A stretch of DNA of 64,000 nucleotides from Eledone cirrhosa (taxonomy: Eukaryota), in NCBI GenBank assembly GCA_964016885.1, contig OZ024762.1, positions 5,704,001-5,768,000 on the forward strand, in the 5' to 3' direction. A model generated the notes under the pieces. The model did not search any database. It was not told where the DNA came from and was given only the letters and a program-made list of their open reading frames with translations. Positions within the stretch are counted from its first letter, which is position 1. Every line of letters starts with the position of its first letter. Both the position numbers and the translations under genes were made by a program. This document shows positions 24,636-38,468 of this stretch, one piece after another.

Positions 24636-26674
24636 ATATCTCATTCACACTCTCTCTTTCTTCCTCCCCCCTCTCTCTCTCTCCCCCTCTCACACACACT
24701 CTCCCCCTCTATATCTCCTACACCACTCCCTGTCTCAGACACACACCCCAGTGTCTCTGTCATGTGTTTCTCTTTCCATTAGATATTTTACACAGATGCC
24801 CCACCCCTCTCCCCCTGCCCCACTCCACTCCACCGTGCCTACCCTGCTCCACCATGGCCCAACCCTTCCCCACTCTGTCCCACCCTACCCTGTCCCATCC
24901 AGCCTCACCTACTCCACCCTGCTCCACCCCACTCTGTCCCATCCAGCCTCATCTGCTCCACCCTGCTACCCTCCACCCTGCCCCACCATACTCCACCCCA
25001 CTCCACGCTGCTCCACCCCACTCCACCCTGCCCCACCCCACTCCACGCTGCTCCACCCCACTCCACGCTGCTCCACCCCACTCCACTTTTTCTCTTTCTT
25101 CTCTCTCTCTCACCCCCTGAATCTCTCACTCTTTCTGTATCTAGCTATCCATAATAAGTGCATGTCTCTCTTTCCATATATATACAGCGTTATTTAGAAA
25201 GAAAATTACAGGGTCGATAAAATAAAGTACCAGTAATGCACTGGGTAATTGCTGGCCTTGTGCCTAAAGTAGAAACAGTTATTTAGAAAGAAAATTGTGT
25301 TTATCTGGTTTAGAATAGGTATACCATATCCCTGTGTGCCGTAAAAAGTGACAAAAAGTGTTGATGCAAAGGAAGGGCATCCGACTACAAAACATTGCCT
25401 CAAAAAGTCCCATCCAACCCATGCCAGCATGGAAAGGCTAAGAATAATAATGGCTGAAACTTGACAAGAACATATATATATATACCTATCTCTTTCTCCA
25501 GGTGAAAGCATGTGGATGTGGCTTAGTGGTTAGAGAATTGGATTCGCAATCATGAGGTTGCAGGTTTGATTCTCGGATCAGGCGATGTGTTATGTCCTTG
25601 AGCAAGACACTTTATTTCATGTTGCTCCTTCTGTCAGATGTTTCAGCCACAAGATAGTATCAGCAATGGAAAGACCAAGGGAAACATTGGTCCAATTTGA
25701 TGAGGTCCACCCCACTCAGTAATCAAATGAGGTCTGGAAGCTTGTGATTGATTTCTACTCTATACTGATGATGCACAAAGCTACAGAAATAGATGGCTTT
25801 CAACATAAAAAAAAACCTGAAATATGAAATAAATTAAATTTAATTGTATAAACATAACATTTAGAAAGTCACTTGAAAAAGAGACAACAAAAAACAACAA
25901 AAGAAGCTGGTCATGAGATCAAACAAACGAAATTAAGCTTCCATTTGTCTTCCATTGTTGATATTGTCTGGTGGTCATAAATTTGTTGGAAAAAAATAGG
26001 TTGGGTGGGGTGGAGTGAGGTGGGGGGAATAGATAAATAAATGAAACAAATACTTTTCATATCTTCACTTGCTTCACACATACACATGCACGCATACAGG
26101 CATATACATATATACATACCCATGTACACTTACATATACACACATACATACACCCATACATGTAGACACACATATATACATATAAACGCACATACATACA
26201 CACACACATACATATACATGCACATATGTACATATACATACATATACACAGTTGTTTCCTTGAGCCAGACACTTTATTTCACATTGATCCAGTTTACTCA
26301 GCTGTAGAAATGAAATAATAGGGACTGGGGTCCCTATTATTCCACTGCAAGGTGGTCGTGGAGGTGCCACGGCAAAATAGCACCCAGCACTCACTGTAAA
26401 TGAGGTTGGTGTTAGGAAGAGCATCCAGCTGTAGAAATCAAGCCAGAATCAGTTCCCGCCCCGCCCTTGCAAGCAGGGAAAAGCGGATGTAAAAATGAAA
26501 AAATGAAATGAATGAAATGATAGTGGTTAGAGCTTCGGGCTTACAATTGTCAAAGGTCATGAGTTCGATTCTTGGACTGGATTTGCATTGAGCAAGACAC
26601 TTTATTTCACGTTGCTACAGTTCACTCAGCTGTAGAAACGAGTTGCCTTTCATCCTTACAGGATTATACCTTTC

Positions 26675-28603
26675 AGGTATATTATAAGAAGGTATATGAC
26701 CAGCCACTCCCCACAGGTAGATTATAAGAAGGTATATGACCAGCCACTCCCCACAGGTAGATTATAAGAAGGTATATGACCAGCCCCACCCCACAGGTAG
26801 ATTATAAGAAGGTATATAACCAGTCACTCCCCACAGGTAGATTATAAGAAGGTATATGACCAGCCCCACCCCACAGGTAGATTATAAGAAGGTATATGAC
26901 CAGCCCCACCCCACAGGTAGATTATAAGAAGGTATATGACCAGCCCCACCCCACAGGTAGATTATAAGAAGGTATATAACCAGTCACTCCCCACAGGTAG
27001 ATTATAAGAAGGTATATGACCAGCCCCACCCCACAGGTAGATTATAAGAAGGTATATGACCAGCCCCACCCCACAGGTAGATTATAAGAAGGTATATGAC
27101 CAGCCCCACCCCACAGGTAGATTATAAGAAGGTATATAACCAGTCACTCCCCACAGGTAGATTATAAGAAGGTATATGACCAGCCCCACCCCACAGGTAG
27201 ATTATAAGAAGGTATATGACCAGCCCCACCCCACAGGTAGATTATAAGAAGGTATATGACCAGCCCCACCCCACAGGTAGATTATAAGAAGGTATATGAC
27301 CAGCCCCACCCCACAGGTAGATTATAAGAAGGTATATGACCAGCCCCACCCCACAGGTAGATTATAAGAAGGTATATAACCAGCCCCACCCCACAGGTAG
27401 ATTATAAGAAGGTATATAACCAGCCCCACCCCACAGGTAGATTATAAGAAGGTATATAACCAGCCACTCCCCACAGGTAGATTATAAGAAGGTATATAAC
27501 CAGCCCCACCCCACAGGTAGATTATAAGAAGGTATATAACCAGCCACTCCCCACAGGTAGATTATAAGAAGGTATATAACCAGTCACTCCCCACAGGTAG
27601 ATTATAAGAAGGTATATGACCAGCCCCACCCCACAGGTAGATTATAAGAAGGTATATGACCAGCCCCACCCCACAGGTAGATTATAAGAAGGTATATGAC
27701 CAGCCCCACCCCACAGGTAGATTATAAGAAGGTATATAACCAGTCACTCCCCACAGGTAGATTATAAGAAGGTATATGACCAGCCCCACCCCACAGGTAG
27801 ATTATAAGAAGGTATATAACCAGTCACTCCCCACAGGTAGATTATAAGAAGGTATATGACCAGCCCCACCCCACAGGTAGATTATAAGAAGGTATATGAC
27901 CAGCCCCACCCCACAGGTAGATTATAAGAAGGTATATGACCAGCCCCACCCCACAGGTAGATTATAAGAAGGTATATAACCAGCCCCACCCCACAGGTAG
28001 ATTATAAGAAGGTATATAACCAGCCCCACCCCACAGGTAGATTATAAGAAGGTATATAACCAGTCACTCCCCACAGGTAGATTATAAGAAGGTATATGAC
28101 CAGCCCCACCCCACAGGTAGATTATAAGAAGGTATATGACCAGCCCCACCCCACAGGTAGATTATAAGAAGGTATATGACCAGCCCCACCCCACAGGTAG
28201 ATTATAAGAAGGTATATAACCAGTCACTCCCCACAGGTAGATTATAAGAAGGTATATGACCAGCCCCACCCCACAGGTAGATTATAAGAAGGTATATGAC
28301 CAGCCCCACCCCACAGGTAGATTATAAGAAGGTATATGACCAGCCCCACCCCACAGGTAGATTATAAGAAGGTATATAACCAGTCACTCCCCACAGGTAG
28401 ATTATAAGAAGGTATATGACCAGCCCCACCCCACAGGTAGATTATAAGAAGGTATATGACCATCCCCACCCCACAGGTAGATTATAAGAAGGTATATGAC
28501 CAGCCCCACCCCACAGGTAGATTATAAGAAGGTATATGACCAGTCACTCCCCACAGGTAGATTATAAGAAGGTATATGACCAGCCCCACCCCACAGGTAG
28601 ATT
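26675..28603. repeat. Minisatellite, 40-bp unit, about 48 copies
   Basis: ccacaggtagattataagaaggtatat(g/a)accag(ccccacc/tcactcc). Confidence 0.97.
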
Positions 28604-29384
28604 TTTAAAAGTATGTAACCCAACAAAAGCAGAAGCTACAACAACAGAAGCTACAACAACAACAAAAAGCTACAACAACAACAACAACATCAACAACAGC
28701 AGAAGCTACAACAACAACAACAACAGTAGAAGCTACAACAACAACAACAACAACAACAACAACAGTCAGAGCCACAACAACAACAGTCAGAGCCACAACA
28801 ACAACAATGTCTAGAACAGTGTTGACTAATCAATATGATATCAATATTGATTATTCACTAAACTAATCTATCAGTGCAGACTTAAGGATATTGAGACAGA
28901 TCAATTGATAGGATAGACTAATCAATAATGTGTGTGTGTGTGTGTATACTAGGGTAGCTTAATCGATATTGTGTGTACCAGTGTGTATATATATATCTAC
29001 AAATGGAAGGTTGGTAAAATTAAAGTTATGGCGGTGGCCAAACTAACGAGATACAATTAGGTTTGCAGAAAGTTCTAGATAAGGATATATTGATGAATCG
29101 ATAGGCTGCATCTTAGAGTAATTAACATACATTAGATAGCGTGACAAATTGAAAACTGTGGCCAGGGGGCCTAGCCACATAAGACACCAAAGCAATGAAA
29201 ATACAATCAGGTTAGATAACAAACCTGGACCGTATCAAAGGGTATTATGCAATACCTCCGATAGGTTTCTATGAATCCAAAATCAACAATCCTACTTGCG
29301 CAATATGCAAGTTTGTGGTATTTGAAGACCGAACCTCGGACCCGCGTTTTCAACAAGTTTCCGTTCTGTGCCTCAAACCCGTGT

Positions 29385-30072
29385 ATAAAATTCTTTTTCT
29401 GTATGTCTGTTCCTATGCATTTTTAAATGGCTAGACCAAATCAAATCAAATTTTACGAGATAATAGTATTAGACCCCGGGAGTATCAACATGTAATTTTT
29501 ATTTTCATTTGGATTAAAATAATATAACATTTTATCTAAAAAATATTTTTATAGTCAACTATAGTAAACCACCACCACTACCACCACGACAATGATGACG
29601 TCATATTTTGTGTCTGAGAGTGTGTGTATCTTTCTGAGTTTCATTACATACGTTAGGCCTCATCACATACATATAGCCTTAGTAAGTTGCATACACATTA
29701 TCTTCACATACAGACAATTAAACACACGCACACACATCTACACAAGTAATAGGTGTGCGTGAATGTATGTCTGTGTGCATCTGACTTAGTATATGTATGT
29801 GAGAGTGTATGTGTGTGAGTGTGTAGCAACAATTTATTCATTTGGACACCAACAAAAAATTACACAATCAATATTGTTTACCCTAAGGTGCTTCAAGATT
29901 GACAGATTTTCATTTCTAAATTCTATTGGCATTACAATTTTGATATTATTTTATAAAATATAGATATTTTGAAATAATTATGAGAAAAAAAAACATATCT
30001 TCATATTTATTGTTTACTAATAATCTAAATAAGAACAGCAGTAACTCAGGCAATGCCAGGTAATTCAGCTAG
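29385..30072 (+). mobile_element. Non-autonomous Helitron directly upstream of the Pif1-bearing copy
   Basis: 5' tataaaa...gtatgtctgtt motif; 3' caggcaatgccaggtaattcagCTAG|T end. Confidence 0.6.
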
Positions 30073-30079
30073 TATATAT

Positions 30080-31120
30080 ATATATATAAAGTTGTAGTTC
30101 CTGTTTGTTTTTTGTTTGTTTGTTCACGAAGTCCTCCTATGGTTTTAGAGATAGACCCCCATAACCATATATATTCTGAAACTACATTGCCCATGGTACT
30201 TGGATAAGTATAATTCATCTTAATCAAAGCATTCCCCGGGGGCACAAACCCCCACTGAACATTTTTTCCTTCGATTTATATGAAATTTAAATCATAGGTA
30301 AAGTATAAGATATGATGCCTATTCACAAAATTTTAGCAAATTTCAATAATATGAAGACACCCTAATGGGGGTTAAACCCCCTACAGTGAAAATTTTGGCC
30401 AATAAATGGAACAAGATGTGTTGTAACAAGATTGCATGAGAACTTGATTGAAGCAACCCTTATATTTGGGGCTTACAAAGGTCAAGCTCTTCTCATTCCT
30501 AGGATTCTACTTATACCAAGTGATAGCGAGTTGCCTTTTACATTTAAGAGGCTGCAGTTCCCAGTGAGGCCATGCTTTGCCATGAACATCAATAAGAATC
30601 AAGGTCAAATTTTCAAAACTATTGGTATAGATCTGACAAACCCATGTTTCAGTCATGGCATGTTTTATGTGGCTGTTTCAAGGACTGAAACTTCAAAAAA
30701 TCTTTACATTTTAGCCAATCAAAGAAAGACAAGAAATGTTTACCCTGAAGTTCTTCATTAGGACAAAGTGCGAAATACATTTTCATGTATTTATTATGTT
30801 AAAAAATAAATAATTAAACTTTGAATTTCTAATTTGAAAATAATGCTTTACACAAAAATGAAATGATCAAGTTTTGAATTGATATTTAAAAAAAAATTAT
30901 TTACAAGAAAAAAAATAAGAATAATATTTATTAATGTAATTTTGATTTGATATATTACAAAAAATAATGTTTTCCAATTTTTCATGCATTACATTTTACA
31001 TTGAGTAATATTGAAATGCAGAGGTTCTCTCCATAAACTATATCACTGATTTAAAATCAATCATCATTTTCTTACAAAAAGAATGTGTGAAACGCAGCAA
31101 GGCGCGGGTACTTCGGCTAG
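30080..31120 (+). mobile_element. Non-autonomous Helitron retaining the Pif1-helicase C-terminus (30432-30761)
   Basis: IPRILLIPSDSELPFTFKRLQFPVRPCFAMNINKNQGQ...CFSHGMFYVAVSR is the Helitron Pif1 signature. GC-rich subterminal segment and CTAG end at 31117-31120. Confidence 0.88.
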
Positions 31121-31149
31121 TATATATATATATATATATATTAGTGTTA

Positions 31150-31460
31150 GACCTAGGTTCTTCCGTGTCTTTTGGTGCATCGAGCAGTAACTAGTCACCA
31201 ATGATCACACACGTGTTTATACCAAGTGATGTTGAATGCCATCAGGTCTTTTTAGAATGTTTGCCCTCAGGTGATCCTGGGACAACCCTGCTTCCATTTG
31301 CCACCAGTTGGAGTCCAGTTCATCACCGTTTTTGAGTGTTGTTCATTGGACATGCTCATAATATGGCCAGTCAGGCGGCACTGATGCTCTGTGACCACCC
31401 TCAGCAGGATCTCCTCATGTCACACTCGGTTGCACCAGAACACACGAAAGATCCTACTGT
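31150..31460 (-). mobile_element. Degenerate RTE-like LINE 3' end
   Basis: Minus-strand HQCRLTGHIMSM...WTP...GLSQDHL pattern (decayed WxGHxxR/GRP motifs). Confidence 0.55.
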
Positions 31461-32532
31461 TTACATCTCTGCCAATTAGTTGAACAGTTGAAAATATATA
31501 ATATATTTTCTGTAGTATACATTGGCTAATTAGCTTCATTTGCATACCGAGCGAGTTACAGCAGGCCAGAGGCCAAATAACAGAGGCCTGGTGTGTGTAT
31601 AATATATATATATATATATATATATGAAAGTGAAGATGGTTGTACTGGTGTCATGACAAAAAGCCTGCTTAATTTTAACCTTTGGAACATCTAAATATAT
31701 TCAATTCAAATGTTGTGTAAAACTGCAGAACAGATTATGGTGTTGTTTGATTGGTTGAAAAATTGAAAATAATTTCATAGGAAATAACTTTTCTCAAATT
31801 CTATTTTTTTCTTCAGTTTTCTTGTCTGAAATCACTCTTTATCTCTCATTATATTTGAGCTCGGTGGATTGGCGCAGTATCGGTAGAGGGCCGGACGCCA
31901 TGCTTTGACGCATAGAGTTACGGCACCTTGCCATTCTGATTTCAAATCCCGCTGAGGTTAACTTTGCCTTTCATCCTTACGGGGTCGATAAAATAAAGTA
32001 CCAGTAATGCACTGGGTAATTTCTGGCCTTGTGCCAAAAGTAGAAGCAATTATATTTGTAGTGTAGGCAGTAGATTGCAGAAACGGTAGAGTGTTGGACA
32101 CCATGATTTGTAGCATAGAGTTATGGCCCTTTAAGTTCTGAGTTCAAATCCCGCTGAGGTTTACTTTGCCTTTCATCCTTACGGAGTAGATAAAATAAAG
32201 TACCAGTAATGCACTAGCATAATTTCTGGTCTTGTGCCAAAAGTAGAAGCAATTATATTTGTAGTGTAAGCAGTGTCAGTGATATAGCAATGAAGCTTTT
32301 TAGTCAAATATACATGTAATATTAATACATTTCTTTTGTTATATTTATGAGGGTCAGATGAAAAGTTCATAAGCTGACTATGAAGGAGTGAAATCTTACA
32401 TGCATTAATTTCAACTCTTCTCATTAATAACTACATTGTTTTTTTCCATGGACTATGTTGAAAAATAGACCTCATTTGATCATTCCATGAGAGTATCTTG
32501 GTCAGCCTATGAGCTTTTCAGCTGGCCCTTGT

Positions 32533-32879
32533 CATCATCATCATCATCATTTCATTTTACGTCCGCTTTTTCCCTGCTTGCAAGGGTGGGACGGGAACTG
32601 ATTCTGGCTTGATTTCTACAACTGGATGCCCTTCCTAACACCAACCTCATTTACAGTGAGTGCTGGGTGCTTTTTCGCCGTGGCACCTCCACGACCACTT
32701 TGCAGTGGAATGATAGGGACACCAGTCCCTATCATCTCATTTCTACAGCTGAGTAAACTGGAGCAATGTGAAATAAAGTGTCTTGCTCAAGGAAACAACA
32801 CATCACCCGGTCTGAGAATTGAACTCACAACCTTTCGATTGCAAGGCCAATGCTCTAACCACTAAGCCATGCGCCTCCA
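32533..32879 (-). mobile_element. tRNA-derived SINE, full length
   Basis: Reverse complement of the 50501-50848 family. Confidence 0.88.
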
Positions 32880-33298
32880 TTGTATGTATATATATACTGT
32901 TACATCCAGTGGTCAATGTTAAATTCCAACATAACTTATCATGTAACAGACCACCCATGAGGGCATGTATGTATATTTAGACCTCATTTGATAATTCCAT
33001 GAGAGTATCTTGGTCAGCCTATGAGCTTTTCAGCTGGCCCTTGTATATATATATACTGTTACATCCAGTGGTCAATGTTAAATTCCAACATAACTTATCA
33101 TGTAACAGACCACCCATGAGGGCATGTATGTATATTTAGAGAAAATTATTTCAAAATTCTGGAAGTTATCTCCCTTCTTCTTCGTGTGCCAACTAAAAAA
33201 CACACCGCCAGGTTTTTGTTTATATTCTTCAACTAAATGGCAAATATGAGTAAAGATCGTATGTGTGTCATTCGGTACATCAGCCCTTAACACACTCT

Positions 33299-33369
<71 letters not shown>

Positions 33370-33692
33370 GAGCATGTATTTATGTATGCGTATATATATA
33401 TATATATAAAGAGAGAGAGAGAGTGGGTGAGTGAGAGAGAGAGAGAGTGATAGATAAATAGAATACATTAAGCTACTTCAAGTTCATTTTCTCTCTCTCT
33501 CTCCTTTACTCTCTCTCTCTCTCTCTCTCACTCTCTCCTGTCTGTCTGTCTCTCTCTCTCTCTCACTCTCTCCTGTCTGTCTGTCTCTCTCTCTCTCCTT
33601 TACTCTCTCTCACTCTCTCTCTCCTGTCTGTCTGTCTCTCTCTCTCTCTCTCCTTTACTCTCTCTCTCACTCTCTCGTGTGTTTCCCTATAG

Positions 33693-33768
33693 TAAACTTC
33701 ATCTTGATGATGACGTGTGTCACCATGCCAACGGAGCCACTGTAGTCAAGGAAGAAGAGATGCTGTAG
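33693..33768 (+). CDS. Candidate terminal coding exon (KLHLDDDVCHHANGATVVKEEEML*); strand ambiguous
   Basis: Long CT tract and tag| acceptor, then a unique island between two microsatellites. Confidence 0.35.
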
Positions 33769-34488
33769 TGTGAGGAGGGTGAAGGGGTGTGGGTGGCGAT
33801 GTGGTGGTGGTGATGGTGGTGATGGTGGTGGTGGTGTGGTGGTGATGATGGTGGTGGTGGCGGTGTGGTGGTGATGGTGTGGTGGTGATGGTGGTGTGGT
33901 GGTGATGATGGTGGTGGTGGTGATGGTGTGGTGTGGTGATGGTGGTGGTGGTGGTGGTGATGGCGGTGGTGGTGGTGATGGTGGTGGTGTGGTGGTGATG
34001 GTGGTGTGGTGGTGGTGTGGTGTGGTGGTGGTGGTGATGGTGGTGTGGTGGTGGTGGTGGTGATAGTAGTAGTGGTGGTGTGGTGGTGGTGTATGTAATA
34101 TGATGTGGAGTGTGAAGTGTGAAATGGAGTGGAGGAGGATGTTGTGGTGGAGGTGTATGTAATATGATAATGAAGTGTGAAACGGAGTGGAGTGTGAAAT
34201 TGAGAGGAGTAGAATGGTGTGGTGGTGGTAATGGTAGTGTGGTGGTGTAGTGTAGAGTGGTGGTGGCATATGTAACATGATAGTGGAGTGTTGGGTGGTG
34301 GAGGATGAAGTAGGGATGGTGGTGTTGAGATGTGGGGGGGGGGGGTATATGAAGTTGTGCAGCTAAGTATATGATAAAGTTATACCTGTATATATATACA
34401 GATTAGAAGTAACTGACACTGCGTAATTGTGTAAATTTACACATTTTGGCATGTTTACATGTCTATTTACACATTATATATATATATA

Positions 34489-35385
34489 TCATCATCATTT
34501 TACGTCTGCTTTTCCCTGCTTGCAAGGGGGGGACGGGTCCTATTCAGCAGAGCATCTCTCCACTTGTCACAGCCCTTCGTCATCTCCTCCGTGAGCTTCA
34601 GTGATCTGAGATCAGCTCTCACCACCACTGCCCATGTTTTTCGTGGTCTTCCTCTACTGCGTCTTCCTTCTACTGGGATTTCTTGGCACTTCTTTACCCA
34701 TCAGTCATCCTCCATGTGCATCACATGTCCATACCATCTCAGTCTTCTCTCCTGCACACCACAACTTATCCCTCTTATATCCAGTTTCTCTCTCAACACA
34801 TCTATGCTTGGTCCTTCACGCACATTGACATTGCACACCAAAGGAGCATGCTTGTTTCATTTCTCTCCAGCCGTTGCATATCTTCCATAGTTGCTGCCCA
34901 TGTCTCACTACTATGCAGGATCGCGCATCTCACACAGGCATCATATAACTGGCCTTTCGTATGCAGGGAGAAACCCTGCTTTGTCAACAGAGGAAGCAGC
35001 TCCCTAAACTTCTTCCAACCCGTCCTTATTCTAGATTTTATGGCCTCGGAACACGCCCCCTCCTTTGCTAATCTGATCACCTAAGTACCGGAAGCTATCA
35101 ACCACTTCTATAGAACCTACTTGCATATGTCTATCACTGCGACTTCTACTGTCAACTTTCCCTGTACATCTACTGCATACGTAGTTTTCCCTACCTGTTA
35201 GTTTGCCTGCTATCCCACTACATTTCTTGTGTACCCAAGATCTGCATTCTGTACATTTTATAGAATTTATGCCAGCTCCTTTTCTACATATCGAACATTG
35301 TCCTCTTTTCTACTTATCAACACTTTAGTCTTAGCTAGGTTCACTCTCAGGCCTCTTGATCCCAACTGCTGTTTCCAAAAGCCAG
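34489..35385 (-). mobile_element. RTE LINE 3' fragment with (GAT)n tail
   Basis: RIRTGWKKFRELLPLL...LYDACVRCAILHSSETW; LRWYGH; GRPRKTW; 3' end shared with SINEs. Confidence 0.88.
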
Positions 35386-35856
35386 AATATCACTCTCTCT
35401 CTCCCTAAACCTATTTCCCCTCTTCCCCTGTATCTTATCTTGTATCTCTTAACCTCTGACCTAACTTCTAATTTATTAATTTATCTTTTATATGTTATTT
35501 ATCATTATATTCTTTCTTCTTACTCTAACCATCTGTGATTTAACCAATACATATGTATATATTTAATATTTATTTTCATATTAATAATATTCCTACCCTC
35601 ATCACATCTTTATACTTACACACTGCTATAACTTTAACCACCACCACCACCACCACCACTACCACTATTTTCAACAATCATATTATGTTCATATATATAT
35701 TTTTTTTCACGTATACATTTTTAAAAACTTATTTCTTATCATCTTCATTCTAACTTCTTTATTATTATTTTTTCTTTTTCTTTTTCTTTCTTACTTAATG
35801 ATGTTATTTGAATTCTCCGTAGTATAAATAGAAACATCGAGTGTAACTTTGTCAGT

Positions 35857-35962
35857 TATTCCGATGATTTGATTAGGCATATACTGTATTGAAGGTTGAG
35901 TGACACAACTTCAAGTGATTAGCAACCTTTAGACACCCTAATCAATGAAACAATTGTTAATA
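35857..35962 (+). ncRNA. Decayed hammerhead motif with long branched stem II
   Basis: uauu-CCGAUGA-uuugauuagg...ccuaaucaau-GAA-acaauugu-u-aaua, then AATAAA at 35968; core U-to-C change. Confidence 0.5.
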
Positions 35963-36301
35963 CTGTAAATAAAACCCTTTTTGTACTGTTGACCATGTTA
36001 TTCTTCACTCTTTCACTATATATATATATAGCCCCCACCCACCAATATATAATGTTAAATAATGAAAGAATAAGACAAGGTGAAGTAGCTAATTAATCCA
36101 TTGTCACCAGTGTGGATGTTCTTTTTCAAAGCTAATGGTATGGAGGCTCACAACTGCCATTGAGTGATCTGCTCATCAATAATTTTGTTCTCGGAGACAA
36201 TCATAATACAATAGATTAACTAACCACTTCACCATATCTTAGACTTTCATTGTTTAACATTATATATAAGACTGTAGTTCTCAATACTCTACAATATATA
36301 T

Positions 36302-36434
<133 letters not shown>

Positions 36435-36519
36435 TCATCAAAGATTTCACAATCCTACATTGAGTTCTAAAATGGTTATAAACCCTACCTTGATTAGGTA
36501 GAACACTAATGTATAAATT

Positions 36520-36589
<70 letters not shown>

Positions 36590-37943
36590 CATCAATAAAA
36601 GAAAAAGAAAAAGAAAAAGAAAAAGAAAAAGAAAAAGAAAAAGAAAAAGAAAAAGAAAAAGAAAAAATAATAATAAAGAAGTTAGAATGAAGATGATAAA
36701 AAATAATATATACGTGAAAAAATATATGAACATAATATGATTGTTGATAATAGTGATTGTGGTGGTGGTGGTGATGGTGGTGGTGGTGGTGGTGGTTAAA
36801 GTTATAGCGGTGTGTAAGTATAAAGATGTGATGAGGGTAGAAATATTATTAATTTGAAAATAAATATTAAATATATACATATGTATTGGTTAAATCACAG
36901 ATGGTTAGAGTAAGAAGAAAGAATATAATGATAAATAACATATAAAAGGGAAGAGATGAAATAGCTTTAGGGAGGGAGAGAGTGAAAGAGAGTGAAAGAA
37001 AATGAAAGAAAGGTTAGGAGGTTTATGATGTTGATTGAGTGATTAGTTGGTCTGTTGACAGTTAATAATAATGGGTTGGTATGTAGCTATTATAATAGAC
37101 TAGGTAAAAATATCTGTACACGAATATATAATTATATATATTAAAATAACAGATTAAAGTTTAAGCAAAGAATCGCTGCTTTCACACTTAACGGGATCTT
37201 GTGAAACTAAAAAAAATCAATCTGTGAACGCGGAAGTAAATATTTTGAAAAACGTTGCAACCGAAGGAAAACAGGAAGACGATACTTTGGTTCGTGAAGA
37301 CGTTCCCTGGCAACGAACGGAAAAAAGTGAAGATAATGTGTTCTTATATATTTGATATATATTTATCCTTATCGAGCCCTCTTTGGATTTTAGTCTTCAC
37401 ATTTATTATTATTACTAATTGTATATATATATATAATTAATTAATGAGAGGGCGTGCAGTATCTTTGCACTGAATTGATTAAAAGTTGGTTAGGAGCGAA
37501 GTCAATACAGACAGGCAGCCAGACAGACAGATATTATAAGTGTGTGACGTTATAGCTATGTATCTAGTGCAGACAGCCAGACATACAGAGACATATTATA
37601 AGGGCATGACATTATAGCTATGTATCTATCTAAGAAGACAGACTAAGAAAGATAGATGAATGTCGTATAACTGGAAATGTTGACATTTGAAAATTTTAAA
37701 GAAGTGAATATTTAAATAAACGATAAAATATGTTTAATCTTTTAACGAAATTTAGAAGACAAAAATACCCTCACTTTCGAACTTGGAAAAAGTTACATCT
37801 ATGGTGCAAATTTGGTGCTGTTTGGTCCAGCTGTTTTGCCAAAAGTTTGTTACATACATACGGCCGTCAGCTTTATAATATATGTATATATACATATATA
37901 TATGTATATATATATACATATATATACATATATATATATACAC

Positions 37944-38240
37944 ATCATCATCATCATTTTACGTCCGCTTTTCCCTGCTTGCAAGGGTGGGACGGGTCCT
38001 ATTCAGCACAGCATCTCTCCACTCGTCACGGTCCCTCGTCATCTCCACCGTGAGCTTCAGCGATCTGAGGTCTGTTCTCACCACCTCCACCGATGTTTTT
38101 CGTGGTCTTCCTTTACCACGTCTTCCTTCAACTGGCATTTCCTGGCACTTCTTCACCCATCGGACATCCTCCATGCGCATCACACGTCCATACCACCTCA
38201 GTCTCCTCTCCCGTACACTACATTCTATCCCTCTCAGAGG
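37944..38240 (-). mobile_element. RTE LINE 3' end
   Basis: [11 protein letters not shown]...RGKGRPRKT, with (GAT)n tail. Confidence 0.85.
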
Positions 38241-38394
38241 GATATACATACATATATATATATATACATATATATATATGTATATATACATATATGTATA
38301 TATACATATATATATATGCCTACATAGAGCACTCTTTTTTCCTGGACTTTTCCGATGGAATTACTTCATTTATATATATATATATATATATATG

Positions 38395-38468
<74 letters not shown>

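Noticed and set aside
36085-36210. Minus-strand frame MIVSENK...QWQL*ASIPL with an in-frame TGA (selenoprotein idea)
   Set aside because: Short, no recognisable family, no SECIS evident; probably chance or a decayed repeat
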